Shown: positions 1 through 12,870 of the stretch, one piece after another
Numbering within the stretch: position 1 is the first letter of the stretch
Layout of the letters: the number at the start of each line of letters is the position of its first letter
Assembly: GCA_051453625.1 (NCBI GenBank)
Contig: JBOZIK010000001.1
Coordinates: 702,444-748,612 of the forward strand
Reading direction: 5' to 3'
Origin: Welwitschia mirabilis
Lineage: Eukaryota
DNA length: 46,169 nt
Made by a program: the position numbers and the translations under genes
Notes under the pieces: model-generated
The model's database searches: none
What the model was told of the DNA's origin: nothing
What the model saw: only the letters and a program-made list of their open reading frames with translations

Positions 1-284
1 GATAAATGAGTAGAATTTATTCTATCATGACTTTTATCCTTATTGATATTTGTGGAAGTACTTTATGCATAAAATATAATTTTTCTTATTATATCACATG
101 ACAATTTTGAAATTGATGCATTTATTCTTCCAATGCATTTTAAATATGTTTTAGATTAATTATGAGCCTATGAATGATTAAAAAGAAACTAGCATAAGAA
201 ATGATACATGTAATTAATTTTGTTAATTAAAGCAAGAAGATTACTCATCCAAATTTGGTGCATGAGTCATAAAAAAGATTTCTT

Positions 285-535
285 TTATCATTTATACATT
301 ACTTTCATGTCTTACACAAGCTTTTACAACTTCTTATTGATTAATCTTATTAATGTCATTTCTACACAAGCCCATCCAACTTGCTATTGATCAATCTTAA
401 CATTTTCATTCACATGTCTAAATCACTTTTACATAAAGACCATCCAACTTATCATTGATTAATATTATCATTGTTATTTACATGTCAATGTCACTTTTAC
501 ATAAAGCCATCTAACTTGTAATTGATCAATTTCAT
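285..535. repeat. Degenerate tandem array, about 4 units of 50-70 bp
   Basis: Recurring TACA(C/T)AAG..CATCCAACTT..TATTGAT(C/T)AAT core at ~313, 363, 430 and 497. Confidence 0.8.
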
Positions 536-720
536 TAAGTAAAAGAGATTTTATTATTTTGTGAGTAAAATAATGTAGAAGATATTCAACCAATTATATG
601 AAGGACCTTTGATATACCATTTATGTAAAAATAAATCCCTCTCCCTTCTTCTTAAATTAGTATGCTTCAAGCAACTTTATACTACCTAAATTTCTTCTTA
701 ATCTTTCTTCCTCTTGAGTG

Positions 721-808
721 TGGAATTGGAGCTTGGAGTTAGGAGCTTGGCACTTAGAAGTTAGAACTTGGAGCTTAAAGGCTTAGAGATAAGATCTTGG
801 AGCTTAGC
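721..808. repeat. Degenerate 7-bp minisatellite (GGAGCTT)n
   Basis: About 12 variants: ggaatt ggagctt ggagtta ggagctt ggcactt agaagtt agaactt ggagctt and so on. Confidence 0.8.
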
Positions 809-919
809 ATTTCCTCAATATTCTTTAAAGATAATTAATCTTCTTCCCTTCAAGTAGGTTCTTCTTTTATGAGAATTTTATTTCCATTTCTTACATTAGG
901 CCTATGCATATGATTTACA

Positions 920-1098
920 TTTTTCCTTCCATTGGCTAATACTAAGATAAGGGAGAGATTTGAGGGATCTCTTTACATGCTTAGTTTATGGGTCTACCAA
1001 TGGTTATATATATATTCTTTCCTCCCATTGGTGTATAATAATATAAGGGAGATAATTGAGGGACCTCTTAACATGCTTATATTCTATGTGTCTAATGG
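920..1098. repeat. Tandem duplication of about 96 bp
   Basis: CCATTGG...ATAAGGGAGA...TTGAGGGA.CTCTT.ACATGCTTA...GTCTA occurs twice. Confidence 0.85.
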
Positions 1099-3304
1099 AT
1101 ATTTTGGCTAAGTGACTAGGGGATAAATATGATTTTTAGTATTCATGTTGTGTTGCCAATGCATTTTATGTCATATTTGCATTAGAGTCTATTAGGATGA
1201 GCAAGTCTGATCCTCAAGAATCTATTTAGGCTAAGCACTTTTTCTCAGAAAATCCTAAGGCTTATGGTATTGATTCATTATTTATTATATTAGATTAAGT
1301 TTATTGTACTTCTAATTGTTTTTTATTTATTTATAATACAAATTCATAATCAATCTAATTAATTTTATTTCTATAAATTAGTATTATTTCTCTTGTTCTA
1401 AGTTTAGTTAAAGTGTACCTTTTTTTTTAAGCCAAGCAATTTAAGAAAGTTATAACTCATTTAATACTAACTAAAATTTTATGAAATTTTTGTATAGGTC
1501 TAGTATTATGTTATAAAGTTAAAAGTTTTAAAACAGTAATTTTTCTAAGACGAAAATAATTTTTAAAATTTATTTTATAAAAATATCTCAAAATTTACAA
1601 GCAAAAAATAGCAAGCAAAATGTTTTAGTTTTTTAAATTTATAGAGTATTACAACATGTAGAGAAGTGAATATTCTTTCCAAAAAATATTTACTCACTAA
1701 AAAAATCCAAGTAGATTGAAAGTTATGGCTATTTTAGTAAAGGGTAGTAGTTTAGTAATTCTAAAACTTAGGTAGTTTTTATGGTTTAATATTTGAGCCT
1801 ATAAAATACATCTAGAATAATTCAAACTTATTAAAATTAGTTTTTAGGGACATTATAATGATTCTAGTTTAAGGCAATTAAGTCTACCTTATTTTTACGT
1901 TTTTAAATAATTAATTATACGTTTTTAATTTATAAAACCTAAGAAAATTTAAAATTAATTTTAATAATTATAGAAAATTATTTAATGCAAGTACCAAATT
2001 GTTTTAAGTAGTATATATGATTTCTAGTTGAGCTATATTTATTTTTCTATTCTGTTTATATACTGTTTATTAAAGTTTAGGCTCTTATTCTTTCCTTTCA
2101 TGCATAAACATTAGGGATGTCTACTTAATGATGATAGAGACGTGTTGTCCAATTTATTAGCTTTATTAATATCTTTTTCTAATAAAATACACATATATTT
2201 TAATGAAATTTATCTTGACATAGACACCTAGAACTTATAAAGGGGGTTTTCAAGTTAGCTAAGTTTCATAAATAGAGCATGTTTTTATGATAAAACTTGA
2301 ATGTATTAATATGCCTTATTTGAAAGAATTACTATAATTTAGAAAAATGAAGAGATGTTTTCTTTTATTTATTTCATTACTACACTTTGAAATTGTATGG
2401 TTTCCTTTATGTATGACCAAAAAAATGCTTACACATTACATTTTTCTTCTAAATGATTATTTGCTTAAAATAAACCCAATGATGATTAGAATTATTTGTA
2501 TTAAGTAAACAACCCACTAAATATTCACATATTGTATGCTCACATTTGTATGGTGTATTCATTTAACTAAATTAAGATAATCTTAATAATTATTCATCTC
2601 CATACTTGGATTTCATTATCAAGATGTATTGCAAAGTATTTTTGTTTCCAAACCCTTTTAGAAGTGGACTTGATTAGCACTATCCTATCTTACCCATGCA
2701 TAGACTTACTCTGAATTAATATCTCGAGCCCTTGGTATTAAAGGATTATGTTGCATGATTTTGCTATGCTTCAAGGAAGCAAGGGTTATTTGTAAATATG
2801 CATCCACCTCATGTATCGCCTGTCACATGTGTTAGAGGTACATCAAGATGAAGCCTATGCCTATGGTATTAAGCCCAGCCATGTTTGTATAGCCTAGAAC
2901 TTGAAGTAGAACCAACTTAGGTCTAGAGGATAGCCAGATATCAAGTTGTAATGCCATTAGCAGGAGATGCAATCTTCTATTATATTAGTTAGATACTATC
3001 TTAAAACATATCCATTATATGTGATAAAATAAGTTACATCCCATCAATTTTATACAAGATATTTTTTGTGGTAAAAACAAGGTTGGAAATAAATATAGGA
3101 CACAATTTTGACATTATTATTGTATGTAAACCAAAAAAGTCTATAGTTCAATAATAATTATGTTATTTAATTATTTTAAATCTTATAATGTATTAATAGA
3201 GTCTAAATAGGATTTAATCCTAGGTTCCATTGTGCATATTAGTTAATAATGCTTAAAAAAATTATGGTTAATTAGGGTAATTAAAGTTAGAATGTTACTA
3301 TATG

Positions 3305-3434
3305 AAAAATTTACTTTCAAAAGTTATCAAGTGACTATAGGAAACTATGTGATCATACTATCTTTGTATTAGTATATTTTCATTTAGAGATTTAGTTAGA
3401 AGTTTATTTTTAAAATAAAGAAGTATTGTTATAA
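3305..3434 (-). pseudogene. Continuation of the Copia integrase on the far side of element C
   Basis: TILLYFKNKLLTKSLNENILIQR*YDHIVSYSHLITFESKFF compared with Copia TAVYLxNRLPTKSLxxxTPxExWxGxKPxYSHLRxFGSxCF, the segment that normally follows the one ending at 29676. Confidence 0.75.
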
Positions 3435-3439
3435 ATTAT

Positions 3440-3633
3440 TGACAGGCTATAGGATTATAATTATTTATGCAAGACTATAGCATAAAAATAGATAAAAGCA
3501 TGAAATAATATACGATGTTATAAAGTTAATCTCATAATACTATCATAAATATATTTTCTTTAAAGGAAGGCCTTAAAGGACCTAGATTAATTTGAAGTAT
3601 TGAGTCTATTTTTTGGTTAATTATCTAGGTTAC
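3440..3633 (-). repeat. 3' LTR of element C, left piece
   Basis: Matches 28474-28667 (TGACAGG...AATTATTTATGCAA...TATCATAAATATATTTT...TTTGAAGTATT...GT(T/C)AC). Confidence 0.88.
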
Positions 3634-4930
3634 TATTAACATGAAAAAATTAATAGTTATATAAAGTCTTTTAGGATGATTTATTATAAATGAGTATATT
3701 AATTTAATTTTTTTGTCATAAAATATGTCTTCTATTAGTTATTAAGATAAAACTTAATTTTATACTTTTCTTCATAATAATTGTAGATCCTTAGCCATGT
3801 TTTGGAGTACATGATGGAAGATGGACATAATTCTATGTAGAATAATGGTTACAATGAAGATATGAGGTGGTGATATGTAGTAATAGCATTGGAAGACATA
3901 TGGTAGAGGCATGTAGATGTGGCATTAGAGACATGTGGTGATATCATAGATTAATAGAGGAATTCAGCTCCAAAGGCTACATGTTGGACTTATCATACAA
4001 AGGTTTCACTAACACTATATGACTAGCTCCATCAAATGCCATAAATCAACCTTTACCAAATGCTAAATGATGAAGATTCAATGAAATGCTATAGGCTATA
4101 ATATTATTTACTAAATGTTAAAATACAAAGATTCTACCTAATGCTATAATCCAAAGCCTCTCAGCCACCTTAACCCTATCCTCACCTATAAAGGGGCCTT
4201 AATTCCTCATTTGTAAACATCCTTTATTTTGATAAAGTAATAGAACATTAGAGCATCAAGTTAACATGGCCTTCTAAGTATTACCTTTGAGGAGTATGCT
4301 TATTGTAAGGAAAGCATGAGAAGTTCTTTCTAGAGCTTTCTTTTTCTTCCTTTGACATAATGTATCTCTCTTAATTTCATACACAGTAGATGTTTATTTG
4401 GATTTTAAGTTACGAAGAACTTTATATTTTTAATGATTAGTGAACCTACATTAGAAAATTATATTGTTATCTAAGTGAGTTCCTTAGTTAGTTAGTTAAG
4501 TCTCCTTTATTTAATGAACCTTGAGTACTTTGAGTCCTTACTTTTCATGCTTATTTAAGGGTTTTGAGGGATTAAGTGACTTCCAAATTCACTAATTCCC
4601 ATATAATAAATAACATTATGCCACCATAACCTGATTCATAATTACTTGATAATTTAAAGTATGTTTTAGTAATGTGTAGGATATCATCAGAGTGAAGAAT
4701 TATTGATGGACAAGTTGGGTTAAACCTTAGAGCTCACTTACTTTTCTACCTCTCCAAACAAAGTTTTAGGCAATATTATCAACTCTCTCTTTATTTTCTC
4801 TTTCTTTTATTATAACTTATAAGATAAGCAGACTTGTGTAATTTTTATAAGACACTCCAATTATCCCTATGGAAAGATAATAATGGATATTCACCCAATT
4901 TAAATCTGGAATGTTATACTTAAGTGAACA
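3634..4930 (+). repeat. 5' LTR of element A
   Basis: Starts TATTAACATG (TG mutated to TA) and ends GTGAACA. Aligns collinearly with 8729-10011. Has a TATA-like CTATAAAAGG near 4186 and internal ~28-30 bp subrepeats (~3860-3940, ~4030-4160). Confidence 0.9.
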
Positions 4931-4935
4931 TATTT

Positions 4936-4953
4936 TGGCATAGTTGCCAAGCA
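4936..4953 (+). promoter_or_regulatory. Degenerate primer-binding site of element A (tRNA-Asp type)
   Basis: ttTGGCATAGTTGCCAAGCA directly after the LTR, compared with the canonical Athila TGGCGCCGTTGCCGGGGA. Most differences are G-to-A or C-to-T. Confidence 0.7.
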
Positions 4954-5899
4954 TAATTACATAGTAGCTTCTCAGAAGGAGCATAATTTTTGTTTTTTGC
5001 AAGTTTGTAGTTAGTTTTGTTTTAAGTTTTCTAGTAGTTGGTAGTTGTTATTTTCAGTGATAACCAAACTAGTTTAGTTTTGAGTTGTCTTTACTTTTTT
5101 TGCTCTAACTTGATTCAAATTTTATACCAAAAAATTTTGTTATAGATTTAATAAAGTTTTTGTACATTTCAACAAAAGGGGAAAAACAAATTTAAACTCT
5201 AATGGTTTTATATGTTCTATTTTTTGAAAAATAGCTTTTTGTAATTTTTAATTTCTATTCTATTTTTTGATGAAATTATAAAATTAAAAAATATTTAGAG
5301 TTTATTTATCTAGGTTATATTTCCTAATCTATAGTTAATTGTATTTTCTACCAAGTGTTTTTAAGATGGTGTAACCCAAAATGCTTTGCACAGCTACAAT
5401 TGTAATGTCTTTGCTTTTTTGAATTATCACCAAAAAATACTAGTACCACCATGAATAGTAATTAGTGCCATTGGCTTTTTTATGAATTTTATGCTTAAAT
5501 TTTATGTAACCTCTTGAATCTAACATCTAGCCTTTTCTAAAATCTCAAAAAGCTATGAAAACATAACCTTATAGTTAAACTTATAGCCTTTTTTATAAAA
5601 ATTAACATGGGTCAGGAATATTATTCATTTATAAGAGTGTGCAAAATACCTCTTGAGCCTCAGTCTATTTATGGAAACTACTTTAAGCCTAAAGGCCTTT
5701 CAACACTAGGCAAACCTCTGGAGAATATCTTCAAATCCTAAAACAAGATCCACATATAAATCAACCTTCTTATCTTAAGTTTGAAAATCCTTATTTTCCA
5801 CAAGAGTAGTTTAATTCTATGCCTTCTACTACCCCTCATAACCTTTTATCCTTTAAACCTTATCCTTCATCTTCCTACATGCAATAACCTTTTTTATTT

Positions 5900-6400
5900 A
5901 TCTTGTTAAAGGAATCATTGAGAAAATTCATAAAAACACACACCCAAATTAACCTTGATTACCTACACACTATTAGATAACATTAATACCTATTATCTTT
6001 ATATTCTTTAGCAGTTAATTAATGTTCTCATTCATCCTACATTTAACATTATTCTTATCTTTCTTAGAAGATACTCTATAGAGATTCTTAAAAGGTGATA
6101 TCCAAATATCTTCTATCATGCCTCAATCGCTTTCACATTCTTTAAAATAAATCACTAATAAAATCAAGGAAAAATATAAGTAACTTCTCCAATAATTAAT
6201 CCAAATCAGTCCTTAAATCATTAGTATTCTGAACCAATAGAAGGCATAACCTTTTATAGGATAAAAATTTAAAAGTCTTGAAAACTTTGAAATAATTAAG
6301 AATAATGAAATCAATGATACTCAAAACATGTCCTTTAGAAATGAGAAAGAAATCAATGAGGAAATCCATAAGGACCTTGAGTTTGAAAATGCAAGAGGGA
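5900..6400 (+). pseudogene. Fragmentary C-terminal gag remnant in element A
   Basis: Translated pieces LKESLRKFIKTHTQIN (~5905), LEDTL*RFLKG (~6064) and MSFRNEKEI (~6328) resemble the Athila gag C-terminal SLEDTLxxFM and ITLRSGK motifs. No gag core, protease or pol motifs were seen in A. Confidence 0.4.
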
Positions 6401-8728
6401 ATACACAATTATATACAAGAAGGTTATACTTTGGAGGAACATTAAACATGTCATAGAACAAGAAATCATCATAAGATTAACCATTTAAGAAAGGCATTAC
6501 TTAGAAATTTACACAAGAGAGGATGAGGTAATAAGAAGCATCAATGAGAAGGATAACATTGAAGAATATCCCTTCTTTGAATTACAACCATTATCACTTA
6601 CACAATCACATGAGGAGAAATACCCTAGTTATCTTAATAAGGAAATAAATATTAGTGAAGAGCCCATACATGATCCATCCTATGATAAATCCTCATCTTT
6701 TTGTTAACAACTCAATGAACCTATTATAATATCTTTATATTTATCTTTTAAGAAAGACCCAAGCCTCAATCAAGAAGATAAACCTTCTTTAGTAGTGGAA
6801 TCATTTTATACTAATATTTTCTATGAACATTTATCTTCTTTAATGGTCTTCAACTAACTTTTATGATCATCTCAAAATAACATATTACATGATTTATTGA
6901 ATAAGCATGAAGAAGCTAAAGAATGGACTACTTTTGATTTTAAAAGCAAAAAATTTACCATGTTTTCTAATGTTGTCCCTTATTTGATAGTTTATGCATA
7001 AAAATCTACATGTATTCTCTCCTAACTGAAGATGCTAACTCATTATCCAATGTTTGTTTTTACCATCTTGGGCCATCACACATGCATCACCTTAAAAAAA
7101 CCCATTTTAAAACCTTTAGTTTCATTATGCGCTTTTATATTAGATTTTTTCTTTAAACTAAAGTTTATTTTTAGGTTAAGTTTAGGTTATAAAAAGATAA
7201 AAACATTAAAAACACTTTTGTTTGATTGCCTTTCTTTCTTAAAACCATTTAATTAATACCACCTATACAACCATTACCTTAAATTATTTATTCTAAGAAA
7301 TCCTAAATACCACCATTAGCATAGAATAAAACATCATTATCTTAAACCTCAACATCCATCCCTTCCACTCTTGTACTACATCATAAAACTCACAAACCAT
7401 AACTCCAGCCATTCCCTTATGAATTCTTAAAACTTATAGACCCATGTTAATGGACTTTAATAAAAGAACAATAAAAAGTTATCTTACAACTATTTTAAGT
7501 AATGATTATGATTAAGTATAATTATGGGTTTTAAAGAAAAGTTATGCTTATTTTGAGTTTGATTGTTAAAGTCATATATAGTCTCCAATTTTGGTAAAAC
7601 ATGGCTGAAAAATATGGAATCTATCTTCATATTATGTTCCTTATGTTTAAAGCTTTTGATGGGAAAAAGATTTTTCTTGATTAGGCTAATAAGCCAATGA
7701 CCCCTTTTATGTGGATAAAAATGAATATGAGAAAAAGAATAAAAACAAAATTTCTTCTCCAAACACACATCTCATTAGTTACTTAATCAGGTTTATTTAA
7801 TTGTATCAGAGCTATGGATGCTCACTAACAATGCATCTTTAATGATCCACTTATGACATAATCAACTGCGTTAGGGCTATAAATTCTTATTGATAATGCA
7901 ACACTGACTTCTTCATTAAAAAACATGCTCAACTGTATTAGAAGAAAATATCATAACACTTGATGCTTAATGAAAGGCTTAACATAAAGGACATCTATAC
8001 TTGTAGAAATAGCAAACAAAATAAATAAAATAATGGGAACTGAGGGCCTTTTAAGTTATGTTATCTTTAACTTTTATAATTAAGGTTTCCTATGATTTCT
8101 TAAAATTTGTATAAGTTATTTATTTAATACTATACTTATTTAATCTTTAGATTCATAAAAATAACAAAAATACATTTAAGGTTATTAACTTAATTAGATT
8201 TCTTTCTTTATTCATTGGTTGTGTGATTAAGTCTTTCTTCATATTTTCATTTTTCATCTTCATCACCCATTCCACTTCATCCCCATTTTAAAAGAAATAA
8301 CATCATAAGGCATAAACCACTTTTATGAATTAACTTTTCACTTAACATTTTTTCAGAAAGAAATAAAAGATGGATGTCTTGCATTAGGTAGTGCTTTATT
8401 TTATTACTTAGTGGCATTGCTTTGCATCTTTTATTTAAATAAAAGAACTGGATTTTTCTAAGGATATGTTTTTAAAAGCATTAATACTTTCTATCATAAG
8501 ACTCTGAGGATAAAGTTCAATTTGATTAGGCATCATGGCATCTGGTTTTTACTTTTTTTCCATATACTTTCTAAAATTTAATGCATTAATTTCAAAAATT
8601 TCTTGTGAAATTTCTCAAACAAATACATTATTTATCACATTTGAGTGTTCTTCCTTAGACAATTTTTTCATGTTGATCATTTTGTCATCAACTGTTTGCT
8701 AAGAGCCTAGCAAAAGTCTAGTTAGGTG

Positions 8729-10011
8729 TGTTAACATCCAAAAGTTAACATTTATATCAAGTATTTTAGGATGATTTATTATAATCATAAAATATATCTT
8801 TTATTATTTCTTAAAATGAAACTTAATTTTTATACTTTTCTTCATAATTATTGCAAATCTTTAGCCAAATTTTGGAGCACATGTGGAATATAGGCATAAT
8901 TTCATACAAAATAATGGTTACAATGGAGATGTGAGGTAGTGACATGTAGTAGTAGCATTGGAAGACATGTGGCAGAGGCATGTAAAGGTACCATTGGAGA
9001 CATGTTACAATAGCACTAGTTGGTAAAGGAACCTAGATTCAAAGGCCACATGTTAGACTCATCATGATGAAGGTTTCATTTAATGCTATATGATAATCTC
9101 TACCAAAAGCTATAAGATAGCCTTACCAAATACTAAATAATGAAGACTTTACAAAATTCTATAAGATGGAATCTTATCAACCTAATGCTATGAGATAAAA
9201 TAGAATCTTATCTACCATTTGGTAAAGGACAAAGATTCTACATAATACTATAAACCAAAGGCTCTCAATTACTTGAATCATATCCTCATCTATAAAAGAG
9301 CCTTGAGTCCTCATTTGTAAAAATCCTTTATTTTGGTGAAGAATAGAACCCTTGAAGTGTCAAGTTGACATTGCCTTCTGAGTACTTTTTTTGGGGAGTA
9401 ACTTATTGTAAGAATAATGTGAGAAGTCCTTCCTAGCTTTATTCTTCTTTCTTTGATGTAATGTATCTATTTTGATTTAATACAAAATAGATCTTCATTT
9501 TAGTTTTGAGTTATAGATATTTTCATACTTTTAATGCTTAGTAAACCTACATTATCAAGTTATATTATTATAGTTAGTTTAAGTCTCTTCTATTTGATAG
9601 GTCTTAAGTACTTTAAGTTCTTACTTTTCATGTATTTTATGGCTGTGAAGGATCAAGTGCTTTCAAATTCACTAATTCTCATATGATGAATGATATTATA
9701 TTATCATGAGTTGAGCTATTATTACTTGATAATTTAAAGTATGTTTCAAAATGGTGCAAGATATCATTAGAGTAAAGAATAGTTGATCAACAAGTTGGGC
9801 TAAACCTTGGAGCTCACTTGCTTTTCCACCTCTTTAAATGAAGTTTTAAGTAACATTCTCAACTCTCTCTTTTTTTTCTTATGCTTGTATTGTAACTTAC
9901 AAGATAAGTAAGACGTGTAATTTTTGTAAGTCACCCCAATTATCCCTATGGAGAGAATAATACTACATACCCATCTAGTTTTATATCTAATTTATTATAC
10001 TTAAAATAATA
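8729..10011 (+). repeat. 3' LTR of element A
   Basis: Starts TGTTAACATC and ends AAATAATA (CA mutated to TA). Homologous to 3634-4930. Confidence 0.9.
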
Positions 10012-10956
10012 GTCACTAAAAGTGACTTTCTTATAGTTTTTATTTATTATACAAGACTTGTCAAGATCAATTCTTAGAATAACAAAGTAGTTTGTTAGTT
10101 TAACTAACTAACTATGCAATATAAGAATGATCGTAAGATAATGCTGGCAATACCTATTTTAAAGAATTATTATATCCTAATACCTATCTAGTAATAGGTA
10201 TAGTATGAAGATAAGATTAATATTTTTTCAAGAAATATGTTAGTTCGAAATACTTTTCAACATTCAAATAAAGTAAATTATCATTATAAAAGATAACTTT
10301 TTAGTTATGTAATATGTAATAATTGATAAAATAAAATCATAATACAACCATATTCTTTTCATAAATATAATTATTATAATATTATAAATGAGCTAATTAC
10401 AAATAGTATTTCCTTTTTAAGTCAGAACTAAAATGAAGAAGAATACTCCATGGTTGATTTCAAGGCTTGGAACCATTCCTAAAGATCCTTATAATGATAG
10501 TTATAGTTAAATTTATACTAATTCTTGGGTAATTAGAGAGAAGACATTTGTACAAAGATGAATAACTCCTTCCCCTATATTAACGAAGTACGTTACCACT
10601 TGTTATGCATAAATTTAATGGACTTTGCCCTGATTTGTAGATTTCCTCCATTTGCCATGTGGATTTGCATATAATGAATTCATTTTTATTCTTGCAATGT
10701 TGATTATCATTAACAGTTGTTGTGACACTTGTTATTATGCTTTAAGTATACATAAATCTATAAATGAATAAGAGTTATTAGTTACTAAAGTTATGCATTA
10801 TAATCAATATGATAAGATAAATCATAATTCCAACATAATGCCTATAAAACAAACATAAGTACTAATATTTATGTAAGCTAAATATTAATTACTATGTTTC
10901 TAACCTAGAAGTATGCTTAAAAATATATTATTTTGAATGAAATTTTTAGTTTAGCA
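10012..10956 (-). repeat. 3' LTR of element C, right piece
   Basis: Matches 28663-29675 throughout. Homology ends at TTTAGCA (10956) and CTTATCA (29675). Confidence 0.88.
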
Positions 10957-11844
10957 TTTCTGCTAGACCCAAGATTTTGCTAGTTCCTAGTAAATAATTA
11001 AATTCTTAAATCATTTACTTGGAATTTAATCTATTTGAATTTTAACTCATTAAAATCTAAAACTGCACCATTGGCTTTTTATCTATCTCATTACATTGAT
11101 AAAATACTTTTTAGAATTTCAAGTCCAAAATGTAGAACATTGAATAACATGATGTTTTAAATACATATATTTATCATGAATGGTTAGAAATGAAAATAAT
11201 GGTATTCACTATAATTTCTAGCAATAATAGGTCCATCATACAAATAATCATTAAAATATATATGGAACTATTATGTTCTAATAATCTAGAATAATAACTA
11301 TTACCTCCTCTCATGTACCTTCTAATGTATAAATGTAACTTCTAGATTGATAGATGTGATAGATACTAACATTTATAAATAATAAAAAGATTTAAAATTT
11401 TAACGTGAAATAAGATAAAAATACTTTTATATAATTCCTAGAATAAATTTTCAATATTAAATGTAACAAGCTATTTTAGGAAAATTTTTTCACATATATT
11501 CAAATTTATTTTAATGATAAATAACTATGTTAGCTTTTTATATTTTGAATAGCATGCCTAACCTTGGTTTGTATTCACCAAAGATTTGACAAAACCCTGG
11601 TAGAGTTGTTAATTTCCATTATTATAATAGCCAATAAATTAAGTATCATTTGAGTTAATAAGGAATTAACTTGAGAAAATTACTTGGCCCTTTCAGATGG
11701 AAATGACTTTAGGCATAATACTTCAAAAAAAAAAAAAATAGTGAATTCATACTAGAATTGATGGGTTCTATTTCAATTTTCATATTAAACTATAGTTGCC
11801 CCCATAATTACCACCTCATTTTTTTTGTAATCATTTCTCTTTTG

Positions 11845-12200
11845 ATAGTATAACTTTATGCATAAATCTAATCAAAATTTTTCAACCACTTTAAATTATT
11901 AGTTTTATGTTGTAGATAATATAAGAGTGGATGCATTAACTACATCTTATAGATCCTAGGTCCTTCATAATATGTGAAAATGATAAAATCCCCTTGCTCT
12001 TTGTTTGCCAATATAGTGTTTCCTTCAAAACAATATCCAAAGCATTATTTTGGATAATACTATAATATTTTCTTAAACTTTAAATATTTTCTATCTATAT
12101 TTAATTCTTAACTAGGTTCATATTCTTCTCATTTTCATAATTATTTTGCATCTTCCATATTAAAATTATGGTGTGTATGTTACTTCAATTTCCTACTATT
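11845..12200 (-). pseudogene. Tat-type integrase C-terminal remnant
   Basis: Minus-strand pieces in order: EIEVT (~12178-12192), DIVLKE, YEGPR (cf. WEGPY) and terminal KLYY (11845-11856). Confidence 0.55.
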
Positions 12201-12750
12201 ATTAAAAGGGTTACTTTATTTTGATAATAAAAATAAAAACAAGGAAGAACTAGAAAATTATAACTCTAGAAATGTATTTGACTAGTTTTTTATTTTGAAC
12301 ACTTATAAAAGTAAATGAAGATGTGTTGATAATTAGTGTTTGGTATTTGTAATAGCATTTTAATTTAGATGAAGACTCATTATGTATTGTTTCAAATGTA
12401 AAACTTACATATTACATAAAATAAAGGTGTTATCATGTAATGTCTATTAGGTTCGATGTCTACATGATATGATCACATAAGCGCATTGAAAAAGGCATTA
12501 ATGCCTATTAATTCTAGAGAGATGACTCTCTATTCATTATACAAAAGCATTACAACACTAATGTAAGGCCCTTCTAGACACATAAAAACCAAGACCAATT
12601 TTGAAGCATAATAGATTACTTTAGAATAACTTACAATAGACTTCAAAACAAGAAAATAGTTAAGTGAACAGGTACCAAAACAACTAGCTATATAATCTTT
12701 TTTCATTGCACTAAATCTATGACATTATTTTAAATTCTTGTTATGAATTA

Positions 12751-12870
12751 TTTATGATAAATTTCTTATTCTTGAAACCAAATTACCATTACATCTTCCA
12801 ATTGTTGTGATTTATGGTAAATTTCTTATTCTTGAAACTAAAACTACTAGTACATCTTTCCCTTGTTATA
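12751..12870. repeat. Tandem duplication, 2 x 60 bp
   Basis: TTTATG(A/G)TAAATTTCTTATTCTTGAAAC at 12751 and 12811. Confidence 0.9.

Larger units (their letters stand above)
3634..10011 (+). mobile_element. Element A: degenerate non-autonomous Athila-like Ty3/Gypsy LTR retrotransposon (~6.4 kb, two LTRs)
   Basis: Direct repeats 3634-4930 and 8729-10011 (~80% identical by eye). 5-bp flanks are GTTAC (3629-3633) and GTCAC (10012-10016). A degenerate tRNA-Asp-type PBS follows the left LTR, and a PPT-like AGTTAGGTG (8720-8728) precedes the right LTR. The uninterrupted paralogous site at ~28600-28700 reads ...cttaGTCACtaag... once. Confidence 0.92.

Noticed and set aside
285..535. CRISPR-like spaced repeats
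   Set aside because: The inter-repeat sequences are themselves homologous and degenerate, the context is eukaryotic, and there are no cas genes.
721..808. Interstitial telomeric repeat
   Set aside because: The 7-bp period matches, but the consensus GGAGCTT is not TTTAGGG.
7801..7812. TTGTATCAGAGC resembling a tRNA-iMet PBS
   Set aside because: No LTR end is adjacent, and the homologous position in element B reads CTGTATTTGGGT within a collinear spacer, so this is a chance match.
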